From Thermostichus sp. DRC_bins_24 (lineage in GTDB: Bacteria > Cyanobacteriota > Cyanobacteriia > Thermostichales > Thermostichaceae), in assembly GCA_039794845.1 (NCBI GenBank), contig JAUQVK010000016.1:1-44322 (forward strand): DNA of 44,322 bases, given 5' to 3'. Below the pieces are notes generated by a model. It did not search any database. It saw only the letters and a list, made by a program, of their open reading frames with translations, and was not told the DNA's origin. Below are positions 27,258 to 37,376 of this stretch, in pieces; within the stretch, counting starts at the first letter, position 1; each line of letters begins with the position of its first letter. The position numbers and the translations under genes are program-made.

Positions 27258-27905
27258 TTAAATAAGGGTGCGAATACACCGGCGAATTTCGAGGTTAGAC
27301 TGCTCCAAGTCGGCAAATCCACTTACGGGTGTTCCTTGTCCATCCAAAAGCAGTAGGGCCGCTTGTTGGCGCAGGTCAATTCCTGGCAAAGCCTCTGAGA
27401 TGACCTCTTGGATCCCTTCAACTATTTCCCCTTCAAAATCTACCGATACGTACACATATTCAGAAACCAAACGGGGATCCGTCGGTACGCTGTCGCGGAT
27501 AAATTGCAAAACCAAATCTCGCAACAGGATCAAGCCTCGGCCATCCACGAGCACAATTTGTCGCAGGCGAGGGTTTTGGCCAAACTCCAGCGCCAAACTT
27601 CTGGAAAGAGCCTCCGATTCGGAGCGGGTACGACCATTGGTTAAAATCAACGCCTGAATGCCATCGTACTGACCCAAATCAAGCTGTCCTCCGAAGACAC
27701 TCTCCACCCGGAAGGTGAGGGATCCTCCATTGCCATTGTTTGGGCAACTGCTGGCCTGGACAGGTTCAAGGATTGCCAATGGAAGCAGCGTCACTCCAGT
27801 TAAAGTTAAAAAGGAAACTGCCAAGCCTGGATGAAACCGTCTGCGAGGAAGCAAGAGCCGACATGGATCCGTAACAAAGCGGCAACAGTGCAATAGGAAG
27901 TTCAT
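27258..27905 (-). CDS. Hypothetical exported protein, possibly thioredoxin-like fold
   Basis: Hydrophobic signal ending VQA-S; fills the gap between flanking genes. Start and fold are uncertain. Confidence 0.55.
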   Translation of the reverse strand: MNFLLHCCRFVTDPCRLLLPRRRFHPGLAVSFLTLTGVTLLPLAILEPVQASSCPNNGNGGSLTFRVESVFGGQLDLGQYDGIQALILTNGRTRSESEALSRSLALEFGQNPRLRQIVLVDGRGLILLRDLVLQFIRDSVPTDPRLVSEYVYVSVDFEGEIVEGIQEVISEALPGIDLRQQAALLLLDGQGTPVSGFADLEQSNLEIRRCIRTLI

Positions 27906-28053
27906 GGCAATCTCGCAGGGATCCCTGGGGGTGGGCCGACCAAATCTTAACCGATCCCCTTTTTGATGCCCCGGAACACCCTTCTACACGCCGGTTGGTG
28001 GCCTTGCGGGCCTGTGCCCATAATGGAAGGCAGTTTCCGATTTGTCGAACATC

Positions 28054-30411
28054 ATGACTCATGCCTCTTTGTTGGATGCCCTCAACCCTTCTCAACGTCA
28101 GGCGGTGCAACATTTTTGTGGCCCGTTACTGGTAGTCGCTGGGGCAGGATCCGGCAAAACACGCGCCCTTACCCACCGCATTGCCCATTTGGTTCGCCAA
28201 CATCGGGTAGATCCGACAGAAATTTTGGCGGTCACCTTCACCAACAAAGCCGCCCGCGAAATGAAAGAGCGCATCGAGCAGCTGTTTGCCGAACAGGAGG
28301 CGCAAGAACAGTTCGGGATCCCTTGGCAACAGTTGGAGCCAGCCCAGGTAACCCATCTCAAATCCAGCGTTTTTCGGCGGATCATCAAACCCCTCTGGAT
28401 CGGCACCTTTCACAGTTTGTTTTCGCAGATCTTGCGCCTAGACATTGAAAAGTATCAGGATCCCAAAGGGCGCAGATGGACACGAAATTTCTCCATCTTT
28501 GATGAATCCGATGCTCAATCTCTGGTCAAAGAGATCGTCACCAAGCAACTGAATCTGGACGAGCGTCGGTTTGAGCCGAAATCAGTACGCTATGCCATCA
28601 GCAATGCCAAAAATCAAGGGTGGACCCCTGCGGATCTGGAACGTCACCAGCCCAATTTTCGGGGTCGCACCATCGCTCAGGTCTACGATCTCTACCAGGA
28701 TCAGCTGGCAGCCAATAACGGCCTTGACTTCGACGATTTGATTTGGATCCCGGTGCAACTGTTCCGCCAAAATGAGCAGGTATTGGCCTACTGGCACCAG
28801 CGTTTTCGCCACATTCTGGTGGATGAATACCAAGATACCAACCGCACCCAGTATGAACTGATTCAGTTGCTGACTACCAATGGAGAGACGCGCAAGTCTC
28901 AATTAAATTGGCAGAACCGCTCTATTTTTGTGGTTGGAGATGCGGATCAAAGTATCTACAAGTTTCGCGGCGCCGACTTTACGATCTTGATGGAGTTTCA
29001 GGAAGCCTTTGGGGATGGCTTGCCGGATGACGATACCCGCACCATGGTAAAGCTGGAAGAAAACTACCGCTCTACGGCCACCATTTTGCAGGCTGCCAAC
29101 GACCTCATTAAAAACAACACACAGCGCATTGATAAAGTTCTGAAGCCAACCCGGAAAGAAGGGGATCCCATTTTCTGTCATCAAGCTGACGACGAGATGG
29201 CGGAGGCAGAATTTGTGGTGAATGCCATTAAGCGCTTGGAAAGCAGGGATCCCGATACTTCTTGGGGAGATTTCGCCATTCTTTACCGCACCAATGCCCA
29301 GTCTCGCCCGTTTGAGGAGGTGCTGATGCGTTGGGGGATCCCTTACACTGTGGTGGGTGGGCAACGGTTTTACGACCGCAAAGAAATTAAGGATGTTATC
29401 GCGTATCTACGCGTGGTGGCTAACCCGGCCGATTCCCTTAGCTTGTTGCGTATCATTAACGTGCCGCGGCGGGGTATCGGCAAATCCACGATCGACAAAT
29501 TAACCCAAGCATCTGCCACCTTAAATGTGCCCCTATGGGAAATCCTCAGCGATGAAACTTCCGTGAATACGCTGGCGGGTCGTTCGGCCAAACCGGTGGT
29601 TCAATTCGCCCAGTTGCTGGAATACTGGCATCAACAGCTTCCCCAAGCTTCGGCCACAACGATTCTGGAAGGATTATTGCGGGACTCTGGATATTTGGAA
29701 GACCTCAAAGCCCAGGGCACAGAAGAAGCCGAGGAACGGGCGCGAAATGTTATGGAACTCTATAATGCTGCCCGCCAATTTGAGGAGGAACAAGGGGATC
29801 CCAGCCTTGAGGGGTTCTTGCGCAATGTGTCGCTGGCGTCGGATTTGGATAATTTGCAGGAGGGAGCCGCAAAGGTTTCTTTAATGACGTTACATTCGTC
29901 CAAAGGATTGGAGTTCCCCGTTGTGTTTCTGGTGGGGATGGAGCAGGGGTTATTTCCCAACTTCCGCGCTTTGGAGGATCCCGCCTCTTTGGAAGAAGAA
30001 CGCCGCCTCTGCTACGTGGGCATTACCCGCGCTCGAGAGCAACTGTTCATCAGCTATGCGAGCGAAAGACGGTTGTACGGCAACCGAGAAGTTGCCATTC
30101 CCTCCTTGTTTTTAAGTGAACTCCCCAAGGAGCTGATCGAGCTCGACAAACCCGGTGCCATTCCCCGGCAGCTCTCCCGCAGCAATACCCTGCCCATCTC
30201 AGCTACCCCCAAAGCCAAACCTGCATCTCGTCCTGGCCGTTCTGAGCAGTGGTCAGTGGGGGATCGGTTGGAGCATCCGCAGTTTGGGCAGGGGCACATT
30301 ACCCATGTGTTTGGTAGCGGCGAACGGGTCACGATTGCGGTGAAATTCTCCGGCATCGGCCAGCAGAAAATCTTGGATCCCCGCATTGCCCCGATTCAGA
30401 AACTTGGCTAG
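28054..30411 (+). CDS. pcrA: ATP-dependent DNA helicase PcrA/UvrD
   Basis: AGAGSGKT, TFTNKAA, LVDEYQDTN, VGDADQSIY, ENYRST, TLHSSKGLEF, EERRLCYVGITRA; C-terminal Tudor-like domain. Confidence 0.96.
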   Translation: MTHASLLDALNPSQRQAVQHFCGPLLVVAGAGSGKTRALTHRIAHLVRQHRVDPTEILAVTFTNKAAREMKERIEQLFAEQEAQEQFGIPWQQLEPAQVTHLKSSVFRRIIKPLWIGTFHSLFSQILRLDIEKYQDPKGRRWTRNFSIFDESDAQSLVKEIVTKQLNLDERRFEPKSVRYAISNAKNQGWTPADLERHQPNFRGRTIAQVYDLYQDQLAANNGLDFDDLIWIPVQLFRQNEQVLAYWHQRFRHILVDEYQDTNRTQYELIQLLTTNGETRKSQLNWQNRSIFVVGDADQSIYKFRGADFTILMEFQEAFGDGLPDDDTRTMVKLEENYRSTATILQAANDLIKNNTQRIDKVLKPTRKEGDPIFCHQADDEMAEAEFVVNAIKRLESRDPDTSWGDFAILYRTNAQSRPFEEVLMRWGIPYTVVGGQRFYDRKEIKDVIAYLRVVANPADSLSLLRIINVPRRGIGKSTIDKLTQASATLNVPLWEILSDETSVNTLAGRSAKPVVQFAQLLEYWHQQLPQASATTILEGLLRDSGYLEDLKAQGTEEAEERARNVMELYNAARQFEEEQGDPSLEGFLRNVSLASDLDNLQEGAAKVSLMTLHSSKGLEFPVVFLVGMEQGLFPNFRALEDPASLEEERRLCYVGITRAREQLFISYASERRLYGNREVAIPSLFLSELPKELIELDKPGAIPRQLSRSNTLPISATPKAKPASRPGRSEQWSVGDRLEHPQFGQGHITHVFGSGERVTIAVKFSGIGQQKILDPRIAPIQKLG

Positions 30412-30548
30412 GTGCTTTTGACCCATAAATCGGCCCGTCAATTGGGAAGGGTGAGGGCTACGATGCAGACCCCCACCTTTGGAACTGTAGGGGATCCTGT
30501 TGTTGCCGCTAAGATGGAAAGCCCCGTCCCGGATCTAGGCAAGTTGAT

Positions 30549-31565
30549 ATGCAAGTCGAATTTCAAGTCTTCCGTCAGTTGCCCCCTAACCCCCCGACGC
30601 TGCAATCCTTTTGGCTGGAGACTTCCCCCGGTACCACGATCCTCGATTGCCTCAACCAGATCAAATGGGAGCAGGATGGCAGCCTCGCCTTTCGCAAAAA
30701 CTGCCGCAACACCATCTGTGGCAGCTGCGCCATGCGCATCAACGGTAGAGCCGCTCTCGCCTGTCAGCAACACGTGGAAGATGAACTGGATATCCACAGT
30801 CCACAACCACAAGTGATTCGCATTGGCCCCTTGGGTAACTTGCCCGTTCTGCGGGATTTGATCGTCGATATGCAGCCCTTCTGGAATGACCTCAGCCGGG
30901 TGGATCCTTTTGTCAGCACCGCAGGTCGCCGGCTCCCGGAGCGAGAGTTTTTGCAATCGCCGGCCGAGCGGGATCATCTCAACGCCGCCAGTGGCTGCAT
31001 TCTCTGTGGGGCTTGTTACTCCGACTGCAATGCCAAGGAAGTGAATCCCGATTTTGTCGGCCCCCATGCTCTGGCCAAGGCCAACCGCCTCGTGCAAGAT
31101 AGCCGTGACAGCCAACAGAAGGAGCGTTTGCAAGCTCAAGACAGTCTATCCGGAGTGTGGGGCTGTACCCGCTGCTGGAACTGCAACACGGTTTGCCCCA
31201 TGGGGGTGGCGCCCTTGGATCAAATTACCGAACTTAAACAGGGGATCCTGGCTGGATATCCCAACGAGGGATCTGTTTCTGGGGCTGGCCGTTCGCACCG
31301 GCGGGCTGAAGGCGTAGCCATTCGTCATCGCAAAACCCTAGTGCAGCTGGTGCGAGCTGGGGGATGGGTGGATGAACGCCGCTTTGGCTTGCAGGTGGTG
31401 GCCAATCAAGGCCGGGATCCACGGGGGTTGCTGAGCTTGGCCCCTCTGGGGCTGCGCATGTTGGGCAAGGGTAAGTTTCCCTTTCGGTTTAAGGCTTCTT
31501 CCGGGACGCCCACGGTGCGCCGATTGATCGATGTGGTGCGTCAAGAGACCCCTGCTCCGCAGTAA
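30549..31565 (+). CDS. sdhB: Succinate dehydrogenase iron-sulfur subunit
   Basis: CRNTICGSC (2Fe-2S), CILCGACYSDC, CTRCWNCNTVCP. Confidence 0.94.
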   Translation: MQVEFQVFRQLPPNPPTLQSFWLETSPGTTILDCLNQIKWEQDGSLAFRKNCRNTICGSCAMRINGRAALACQQHVEDELDIHSPQPQVIRIGPLGNLPVLRDLIVDMQPFWNDLSRVDPFVSTAGRRLPEREFLQSPAERDHLNAASGCILCGACYSDCNAKEVNPDFVGPHALAKANRLVQDSRDSQQKERLQAQDSLSGVWGCTRCWNCNTVCPMGVAPLDQITELKQGILAGYPNEGSVSGAGRSHRRAEGVAIRHRKTLVQLVRAGGWVDERRFGLQVVANQGRDPRGLLSLAPLGLRMLGKGKFPFRFKASSGTPTVRRLIDVVRQETPAPQ

Positions 31566-31635
31566 GCACCCATGTGACACCCATGTGAATAGACTTAAGG
31601 ATCCCTAAGCCTGCAACTGGAACAGACAAAAAGGG

Positions 31636-32430
31636 TTATAGGCAAACTTGCCACAATCGAACCACGTCTTGAGCCGCCACCACAAAGGGCGGGTTGTGCA
31701 GGTCGGGCTTGTTGTAACGCAAGGGATCCCCATTTAAGTTGGTAACTGTTCCCCCCGCTTGCTCGACGACACACTGGGCAGCAGCGGTGTCCCATTCCAT
31801 GGTGGGGCCAAAGCGCGGGTAGAGATGGGCGGATCCCTCAGCCACCAGGCAAAACTTCAGGGAACTGCCCGCAGAACCGACCTCTAGCTGGCCGTAGTGT
31901 TGTTGCAGCCGCTCCAAAAACTGCTCGGTCTCGGGGTTGGCGTGGGAACGGCTGGCCACCACCTGCAGGCGCTCTTGCGGATAGGGGCGGGTGCGGATAG
32001 GTTCATCCCCTCTGTAGGCTCCCAGCTTTTGTGCGGCGGTGTAAGTGAGGTTCAAAACCGGGGCGTGTACCACCCCCAAAATCGGGATCCCTGCTTCGAT
32101 AAGGGCAATATTTACGGTGAACTGGCCATTGCGCTGGATAAACTCCTTGGTGCCATCCAAGGGATCCACCAGCCAAAACCGTTGCCAATCCTGCCGCTCA
32201 GAGTAGGGGATCTGCCCCGATTCTTCGGACAGCACCGGGATCCCTGGAGTGAGTTCCCTCAGCCCGCCCACAATCAGGTGGTGAGAGGTCAAATCTGCCT
32301 CGGTGAGGGGCGAATGATCCGCCTTGGCGCTCACGTGTACCTGCTCTTGTCGGTAGATCTGCAAAATGGCCTGTCCTGCTGCTTCCGATAGGCGGGCAAC
32401 GCGGGACAAGAGATCGGCTAGCTCATTCAT
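31636..32430 (-). CDS. cysQ: 3'(2'),5'-bisphosphate nucleotidase CysQ
   Basis: KADHSPLTEAD, LSEE, WLVDPLDGTKEF, SRSH, GSSLK, TMEWDTAA. Confidence 0.95.
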   Translation of the reverse strand: MNELADLLSRVARLSEAAGQAILQIYRQEQVHVSAKADHSPLTEADLTSHHLIVGGLRELTPGIPVLSEESGQIPYSERQDWQRFWLVDPLDGTKEFIQRNGQFTVNIALIEAGIPILGVVHAPVLNLTYTAAQKLGAYRGDEPIRTRPYPQERLQVVASRSHANPETEQFLERLQQHYGQLEVGSAGSSLKFCLVAEGSAHLYPRFGPTMEWDTAAAQCVVEQAGGTVTNLNGDPLRYNKPDLHNPPFVVAAQDVVRLWQVCL

Positions 32431-32441
32431 AAAGCCACTCC

Positions 32442-33203
32442 TCAGCGACGCACCAAAATCCCATGCTCAGCCAAATCCGCCTTGATCTGGGGAATCGTCA
32501 GCTGACCATAGTGCAACAGAGAAGCCAAAAGCGCCGCTTCTGCCCCCCCTTCCTGCAAAGCTTGCCGAATGTGGGCACACTCCCCTGCCCCCCCCGAAGC
32601 GATCACCGGCACCGGCACCACATCCGCCACCTGGCGGGTCAAATCCAAGTCGTAGCCCGCTTGTGTGCCATCTGCATCCATACTGGTGAGCAAAATCTCC
32701 CCAGCCCCCCGTTCAGCCATCTGCTTGGCCCATTCGATCGCATCCAACCCGGTCGGCTGTCGTCCCCCGCGCACATACACCTCCCAGCCGGATCCTTCTT
32801 GTTTGGCCCGGGCATCGATGGCCACCACAATACACTGGGATCCAAACCAACGGCTAGCCTGAGTCACCAAATCGGGATCCTTGACGGCAGCTGAATTGAG
32901 GCTGACCTTGTCGGCCCCCGCCCGCAACAGTTGTCGAATGCCCTCAAGATCGCGGATCCCGCCCCCGACCGTGAGGGGAATGAACACCTGCTCTGCCGTA
33001 CGCTGCACCACCTCTAGCAAAATCGCCCGTTCTTCGTGGGTGGCGGTGATGTCCAAAAACACCAGCTCATCTGCCCCCGCTTGGTCGTAGGCTTGGGCCA
33101 GCTCCACCGGATCCCCGGCATCCCGCAGTTGCACAAATTGGATCCCTTTCACCACCCGCCCTGCCGCCACATCCAGACAGGGGATAATCCGTTTGGCCAG
33201 CAT
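32442..33203 (-). CDS. hisF: Imidazole glycerol phosphate synthase cyclase subunit
   Basis: [48 protein letters not shown]. Confidence 0.97.
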   Translation of the reverse strand: MLAKRIIPCLDVAAGRVVKGIQFVQLRDAGDPVELAQAYDQAGADELVFLDITATHEERAILLEVVQRTAEQVFIPLTVGGGIRDLEGIRQLLRAGADKVSLNSAAVKDPDLVTQASRWFGSQCIVVAIDARAKQEGSGWEVYVRGGRQPTGLDAIEWAKQMAERGAGEILLTSMDADGTQAGYDLDLTRQVADVVPVPVIASGGAGECAHIRQALQEGGAEAALLASLLHYGQLTIPQIKADLAEHGILVRR

Positions 33204-33225
33204 TTTTTTATCCTCTTGTTATCAT

Positions 33226-33382
33226 TACAGCCCTTTATGCCCAGGGCACACTGGCGTGTCTGCTAGTCACGTGTAACAACTGTGGAAGTTGAGATCCGCC
33301 CCCCAGGGATGGTGCTCCGCACCTCGCAGAGCGAGAAAAGGAAGCACAAGCCCTGCCGTAGAAAACCCGCGCAAGGGCTGTA
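33226..33382 (+). mobile_element. MITE-like element, family A, copy 2
   Basis: Perfect TIRs TACAGCCCTT...AAGGGCTGTA; 33225-33251 is identical to 141-167; lies 22 bp upstream of hisF. Confidence 0.82.
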
Positions 33383-33392
33383 TCCTTCGAAT

Positions 33393-33427
33393 TGAGTGTG
33401 CTGATGAGTGTGCTGAATTGAGTGTGC
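33393..33427. repeat. Three near-tandem TGAGTGTGC direct repeats
   Basis: Copies at 33393, 33405 and 33419. Confidence 0.75.
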
Positions 33428-33448
33428 AACACCTGCCTTCACCCCCTT

Positions 33449-33535
33449 CGCGCAGTGTGGCACCGGGCGTAGCCCCTCTCCTGCTTTGGTAGAGGGGAGC
33501 CAGAAAGTGTATCGCTCTTGTGTGGAGTGACTGTA
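33449..33535. repeat. Intergenic repeat family B, copy 2
   Basis: Homologous to 4238-4328; ends TGGAGTGACTGTA. Confidence 0.7.
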
Positions 33536-33619
33536 GTGTCAAGTCAGGAGAGCCAAGCCGGTAATTCTCCTCACTGCAAAGGCATACTGGGCGTGCCGGC
33601 GCAAAGGGCCTTGGCTTCT

Positions 33620-34039
33620 TCAGGCGTAGCGCTCCAGCAAGGCCGCACTTTTCAGTTGCCACTGCAGTCCCATAAAAGCCCAGTCGAGAAACTCGTTCAC
33701 CTCCTCTACGCTAAACTGCATTGCTTTGCCAACCTCGAAAATTAAGGCCTCCTCTTTTTCCACCAACTCGCTATTCACCACCGCCATCGCCGCCAGATCC
33801 CGCAAAATGAGGGCCCCCGCCGGGTTACGCATGGCCGGGATCTCGGTCACATCCAAAGCTGCCCCCGTTCCATCCAAATAAGTTTGAATCAGTTGGGTCT
33901 CTACCCCTACTCCTTCTGCCAGCTGCCGAAAAAAGGTGGTCTCCTCTTCGTCCAATTCGCCATCCACCTTGGCCACCGCAATTAGGGCCTTAAGGTAAAG
34001 CTGGCGCTGCTCATCTGTGAGATCGGCGTAGTTAACCAT
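33620..34039 (-). CDS. TerB-like family protein
   Basis: Two TerB-type repeats: ALIAVAKVDGELDEEE and AMAVVNSELVEKEEALI. Confidence 0.8.
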   Translation of the reverse strand: MVNYADLTDEQRQLYLKALIAVAKVDGELDEEETTFFRQLAEGVGVETQLIQTYLDGTGAALDVTEIPAMRNPAGALILRDLAAMAVVNSELVEKEEALIFEVGKAMQFSVEEVNEFLDWAFMGLQWQLKSAALLERYA

Positions 34040-34230
34040 GATGGCTATAGCTGAGTGTACTTTCCCCTCTACTGTGCCATGAAGCTCGCCACTTAACTTA
34101 GAGTTACATCGGGCATTTTTCAGCCGAGGGAAAAATCGCTTAGAATAGAGAGCCTGTGTTTACTTGACGGCACGCCAAACCTCTTCTTTCGACACAGCTT
34201 GCGGAGCACCCCTAAGGAGCAGACACCACC

Positions 34231-34743
34231 ATGGTTAAATTGCGGCTCAAGCGCTACGGAAAAAAGCGGCAACCCAGCTATCGCATCATCGCTATTGAAA
34301 GCAAAACTCGCCGTGAAGCCCGTCCACTGGAGGAGTTGGGCTACTACAACCCTCGCACCAAAGAAACCGTCTTGGAGACGGGTGGCCTGTTGAAATGGCT
34401 GCGTTGTGGTGCCCAGCCCACCGAAACCCTACAGGCAATCCTCAAAAAGGCAGGCATTTACGAAATGATGAAGGCAGGGGAAGGCGGGGTTGTTGCCTCG
34501 ATTCGGATCCCGGCCATTGCCAAACCCGAAGCCGGGATCTCTGAAGCAACAACTGAAGAACTTGCTGTGGATGCTGCTGAAACTGCTGAAGATTCTGAAC
34601 CTGCTGTTCTCACGGAAGCGACCGACGCTACCTCTGACGAGCCTGCTGCCGCAGAAGCTGCTCTCCCTGAGCCTGAAACGGTTCAATCTGCAGCAGAAGA
34701 AACTTCAGAAGAGCCTAAAGTTGAGGAAGCGGCTGAGGCGTAA
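34231..34743 (+). CDS. rpsP: 30S ribosomal protein S16 with long acidic C-terminal extension
   Basis: MVKLRLKRYGKKRQPSYRII..LEELGYYNP..GAQPTETL; AAGGAG RBS; E/A-rich tail. Confidence 0.96.
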   Translation: MVKLRLKRYGKKRQPSYRIIAIESKTRREARPLEELGYYNPRTKETVLETGGLLKWLRCGAQPTETLQAILKKAGIYEMMKAGEGGVVASIRIPAIAKPEAGISEATTEELAVDAAETAEDSEPAVLTEATDATSDEPAAAEAALPEPETVQSAAEETSEEPKVEEAAEA

Positions 34744-34752
34744 CGTCCTATT

Positions 34753-34793
34753 CGGCTACGCTTTCGGCTAGATCTAGCCGTAACCGTTTTTTT
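34753..34793 (+). terminator. Intrinsic terminator/attenuator-like hairpin after rpsP
   Basis: Palindrome CGGCTAGATCTAGCCG (34765-34780); alternative stem CGGCTACG/CGTAACCG; T7 run at 34787-34793. Confidence 0.55.
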
Positions 34794-34798
34794 CTCCC

Positions 34799-35074
34799 AT
34801 GCCAGATTATAGAGCTCTTGCCCACCTGTTGATCGAGCCGCTGATTAGCCCCGCCGAGCTGCGGATGGATCTGGAAACCACCTGTGCTGGGCAAAAAGTA
34901 TGGCTGCGGCTGGCCTTTGACCCGAAAGATCGCGGACGGGTGTTCGGGCGAGGGGGGCGCACCATGCAGGCGATCCGGCAAGTGATGATGGCCGCGGCTC
35001 AGCTGGCAGGGCAATCTCTGCACATCGAGATCTATGGAAGTGGTGGAGAGCGGAGTCGGGAGGGGGCAGAGTGA
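34799..35074 (+). CDS. khpA: KH-domain RNA-binding protein (KhpA/YlqC)
   Basis: DRGRVFGRGGRTMQAIR KH motif; conserved position after rpsP. Confidence 0.88.
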   Translation: MPDYRALAHLLIEPLISPAELRMDLETTCAGQKVWLRLAFDPKDRGRVFGRGGRTMQAIRQVMMAAAQLAGQSLHIEIYGSGGERSREGAE

Positions 35075-36174
35075 GCCAAATTCTCACCTTTTTGGGCAAG
35101 GGGGGCACGGGTCGGAGCACAGTGGCGGTGGCGGCGGCGCGCGCTGCTGCCCAGCAGGGGCGACGAGTACTCTTGGTGGGGCACCAAGCGGGGCCTGGGC
35201 TGGAAATGCTCTTGGGTGGGATCCCACTTTCGGGTGAGCCTCTGACGATTGCAGCCAATTTGAGCGTGGTGCAGCTGCGAACCACCCAGCTTCTGGAGCA
35301 AAACTGGACGGCAGCCAAGGAACTGGAAGCCCAGTATGTGCGCACCCCCTTTTTTCGGGAGATCTACGGACAGGAGCTGGGGGTGTTGCCGGGGATGGAT
35401 CAAGCCCTTGCTCTGGAGGCTCTGCGTCGTTACGATACCAGCGGCCAGTACGACTGCATTCTCTACGATGGGCCGGGAGATCTCACCACATTGCGGGCAT
35501 TTGGGATCCCTGAGGTGGCCAGTTGGTACTGGCGACGGGCCTCCAAAGCTTTTCTGGGATCCGATCTGGCGAAAACCCTGCGACCGTTTGCCGAGCCATT
35601 GTTGCGTTCGGTGAGCAATGTGGAGTTTTCCTCCCTGGAGGATCTGCCGGATCGGATGGGGGGCATGACCAACATTTTGGAGCAGGGACGACAGGCAATT
35701 GCCGATCCACGCCGGGTTCTTGCCCATCTGGTCACCACCCTCGATCCGGTGGCGATCCAAACGGCCCGTTACCTCTGGGGGAGCGCTCAGATGGTGGGGC
35801 TGACGGTGGGTGGCCTCTGGGTGACACCCATCGGTTCGGAGCCGGTGCCTACGGCAGAGTTTGCTCCCTTGACGGTGCGCTCCTTACCTCTTCGCCAGGG
35901 ATCCGATTGGTCTGCTTTGGAAGCCGCAGTGGGAAGTGTGTTCACCGTACCGGATGTGCCCCCGCCCTTGGCCATCGACGAGGGATCCCGTACCGTCAAG
36001 CTGTTTATTCCCGGCTTTAGCAAGGCGCAAATCGAGCTCAGCCAGTCGGGGCCAGAGTTGACGATCACCGCCGGAGATCAACGGCGCAATTTGTTCCTGC
36101 CCCCCAGTTTGGCAGGCCGACAGGTGGCTGGGGCTAAGTTTCAAGAACCGTTTTTGATCATCAGTTTTGGGTGA
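35071..36174 (+). CDS. ArsA/Get3-family ATPase with C-terminal alpha-crystallin-like domain (Get3d type)
   Basis: TFLGKGGTGRS, ELGVLPGMDQAL, YLWGSAQMVGL; C-terminal LFIPGFSKAQIELSQSGPELTITAGDQRRNL. Confidence 0.88.
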   Translation: MSQILTFLGKGGTGRSTVAVAAARAAAQQGRRVLLVGHQAGPGLEMLLGGIPLSGEPLTIAANLSVVQLRTTQLLEQNWTAAKELEAQYVRTPFFREIYGQELGVLPGMDQALALEALRRYDTSGQYDCILYDGPGDLTTLRAFGIPEVASWYWRRASKAFLGSDLAKTLRPFAEPLLRSVSNVEFSSLEDLPDRMGGMTNILEQGRQAIADPRRVLAHLVTTLDPVAIQTARYLWGSAQMVGLTVGGLWVTPIGSEPVPTAEFAPLTVRSLPLRQGSDWSALEAAVGSVFTVPDVPPPLAIDEGSRTVKLFIPGFSKAQIELSQSGPELTITAGDQRRNLFLPPSLAGRQVAGAKFQEPFLIISFG

Positions 36175-36199
36175 CGTACTCTAGACAGCAAAGCAAGCT

Positions 36200-36409
36200 T
36201 ACAGCCCTTGCGCGGGTTTTCTACAGCAGTGCTTGTGCCTCCTGCTCCCGCTTTCGCAGGGCCCGGAGGGCTATCCTTAGAGTGGATCTCATTTCTCATT
36301 AGCGTGGATCTCAACAGAGTGGATCTCAACTTCCACAGTTGTTACACGTGACTGGCGGCGCCTTATGGTGGGCAAATACCCCAGCGTGCCCCGGGCGTAA
36401 AGGGCTGTA
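36200..36409 (-). mobile_element. MITE-like element, family A, copy 3 (inverted)
   Basis: TIRs TACAGCCCTT...AAGGGCTGTA; internal triplication of GTGGATCTCA and an extra ~17 nt in the left hairpin region. Confidence 0.8.
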
Positions 36410-36765
36410 GCAGTAAGAGTCCACCAGCTCCTTCGCTGGGTTCGTAACCTCTCGGCCTTCTTCTTGCCCTCTGGTTGCGTTGACTTGCGCAGTTGTGTAG
36501 GTTGTAGCCCCTGCCAGAAAGATGAGGAAGGCTTGAGCCATTGCTGACTCCACTTCCCCCACAGTCATAAATGAGCAGGGGCAAAGCCAGGCGTATCAAC
36601 ACCAGCAGCAGAGCTATTCCCCGTTTCCAGCCGATGCCCCATTTCATGAGGGATCCCTAAGGGTTGCGAGGGGTTCAAGCGGCCCGAGTCAGAAGCACTC
36701 AGGAAATTTAACCGCTCCCTCCACCGCCTCAGGGAGCCGGCCCTCTTGCGGTTGAACGACAAAAA

Positions 36766-37336
36766 TCAGAACATCTCCAGTCCCTTGGCCAGCGAGCCAT
36801 CCTGACCATTCATCACCCTGCAAGACCAGAGGTGGGCCAGCACCAACAGGGCCATCGGCTCACCACTCTCCTCCAAATCCCTTCCTTCATAATCCAGCAA
36901 CTTCACACTGGGAAAGCGCAACAGCAATCGGGATCCCGCCAGTTCATACGCAAAGACCTCAGGCCGCCAATGACGATTTTCATCCCCCAAAATCGCCAGA
37001 CTGATGACCGGCTGTCGATACCGGTCGGAGATGCGGTAGTGATAGACAAACATACGCTCGGCAAAGCTGGCATCTTCTTGGCTCTGGACTTCGATGTGAA
37101 TGAGCACTAAGGTGGGGTTCCCGGACAAAAGCGACACCTGCGCCAATTTATCGACAGTGCGTTGGCCGAGCTGGGCAGCAGGGATAAGCTGTTGAAACTC
37201 TTTGTCCAGAAATTGAATGGGTTGCTGCCAGTCAATTCGAGCATGGGCGGCAGGAAAGAAGTAAGGAGAGGAGGGGACGAAAATAGAGGTCTAGGGCTTC
37301 TTTCCAGGCTTCGTCGTAATTGGCTGTGTCACTCAT
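36766..37336 (-). pseudogene. Rpn-family (PD-(D/E)XK recombination-promoting nuclease-like) pseudogene
   Basis: Reconstructs as MSDTANYDEAWKEALDLYFRPLLS / YFFPAAHARIDWQQPIQFLDK / EFQQLIPAAQLGQRTVDKLAQV..LIHIEVQSQEDASFAERMFVYHYRI. Two +1 frameshifts (~37263 and the A4 run at 37201-37204) and a truncated C-terminus. Confidence 0.8.
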
Positions 37337-37376
37337 GTGGTCAAGGGGAGAGTGGGATGTCTCACCTGACTCTGCT

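Noticed and set aside
30438..31139. 233-aa minus-strand ORF
   Set aside because: Antisense to the well-supported sdhB and lacks recognisable motifs.
35071..36174. Arsenite-efflux ArsA tied to sqr or selenium metabolism
   Set aside because: Single ATPase domain with a crystallin-like tail, no ars genes nearby, and a housekeeping rpsP-khpA context; fits Get3d.
36363..36647. 94-aa ORF with hydrophobic N-terminus running into MITE copy 3
   Set aside because: No recognisable family and it ends within the repeat; it may be a gene remnant but cannot be supported.
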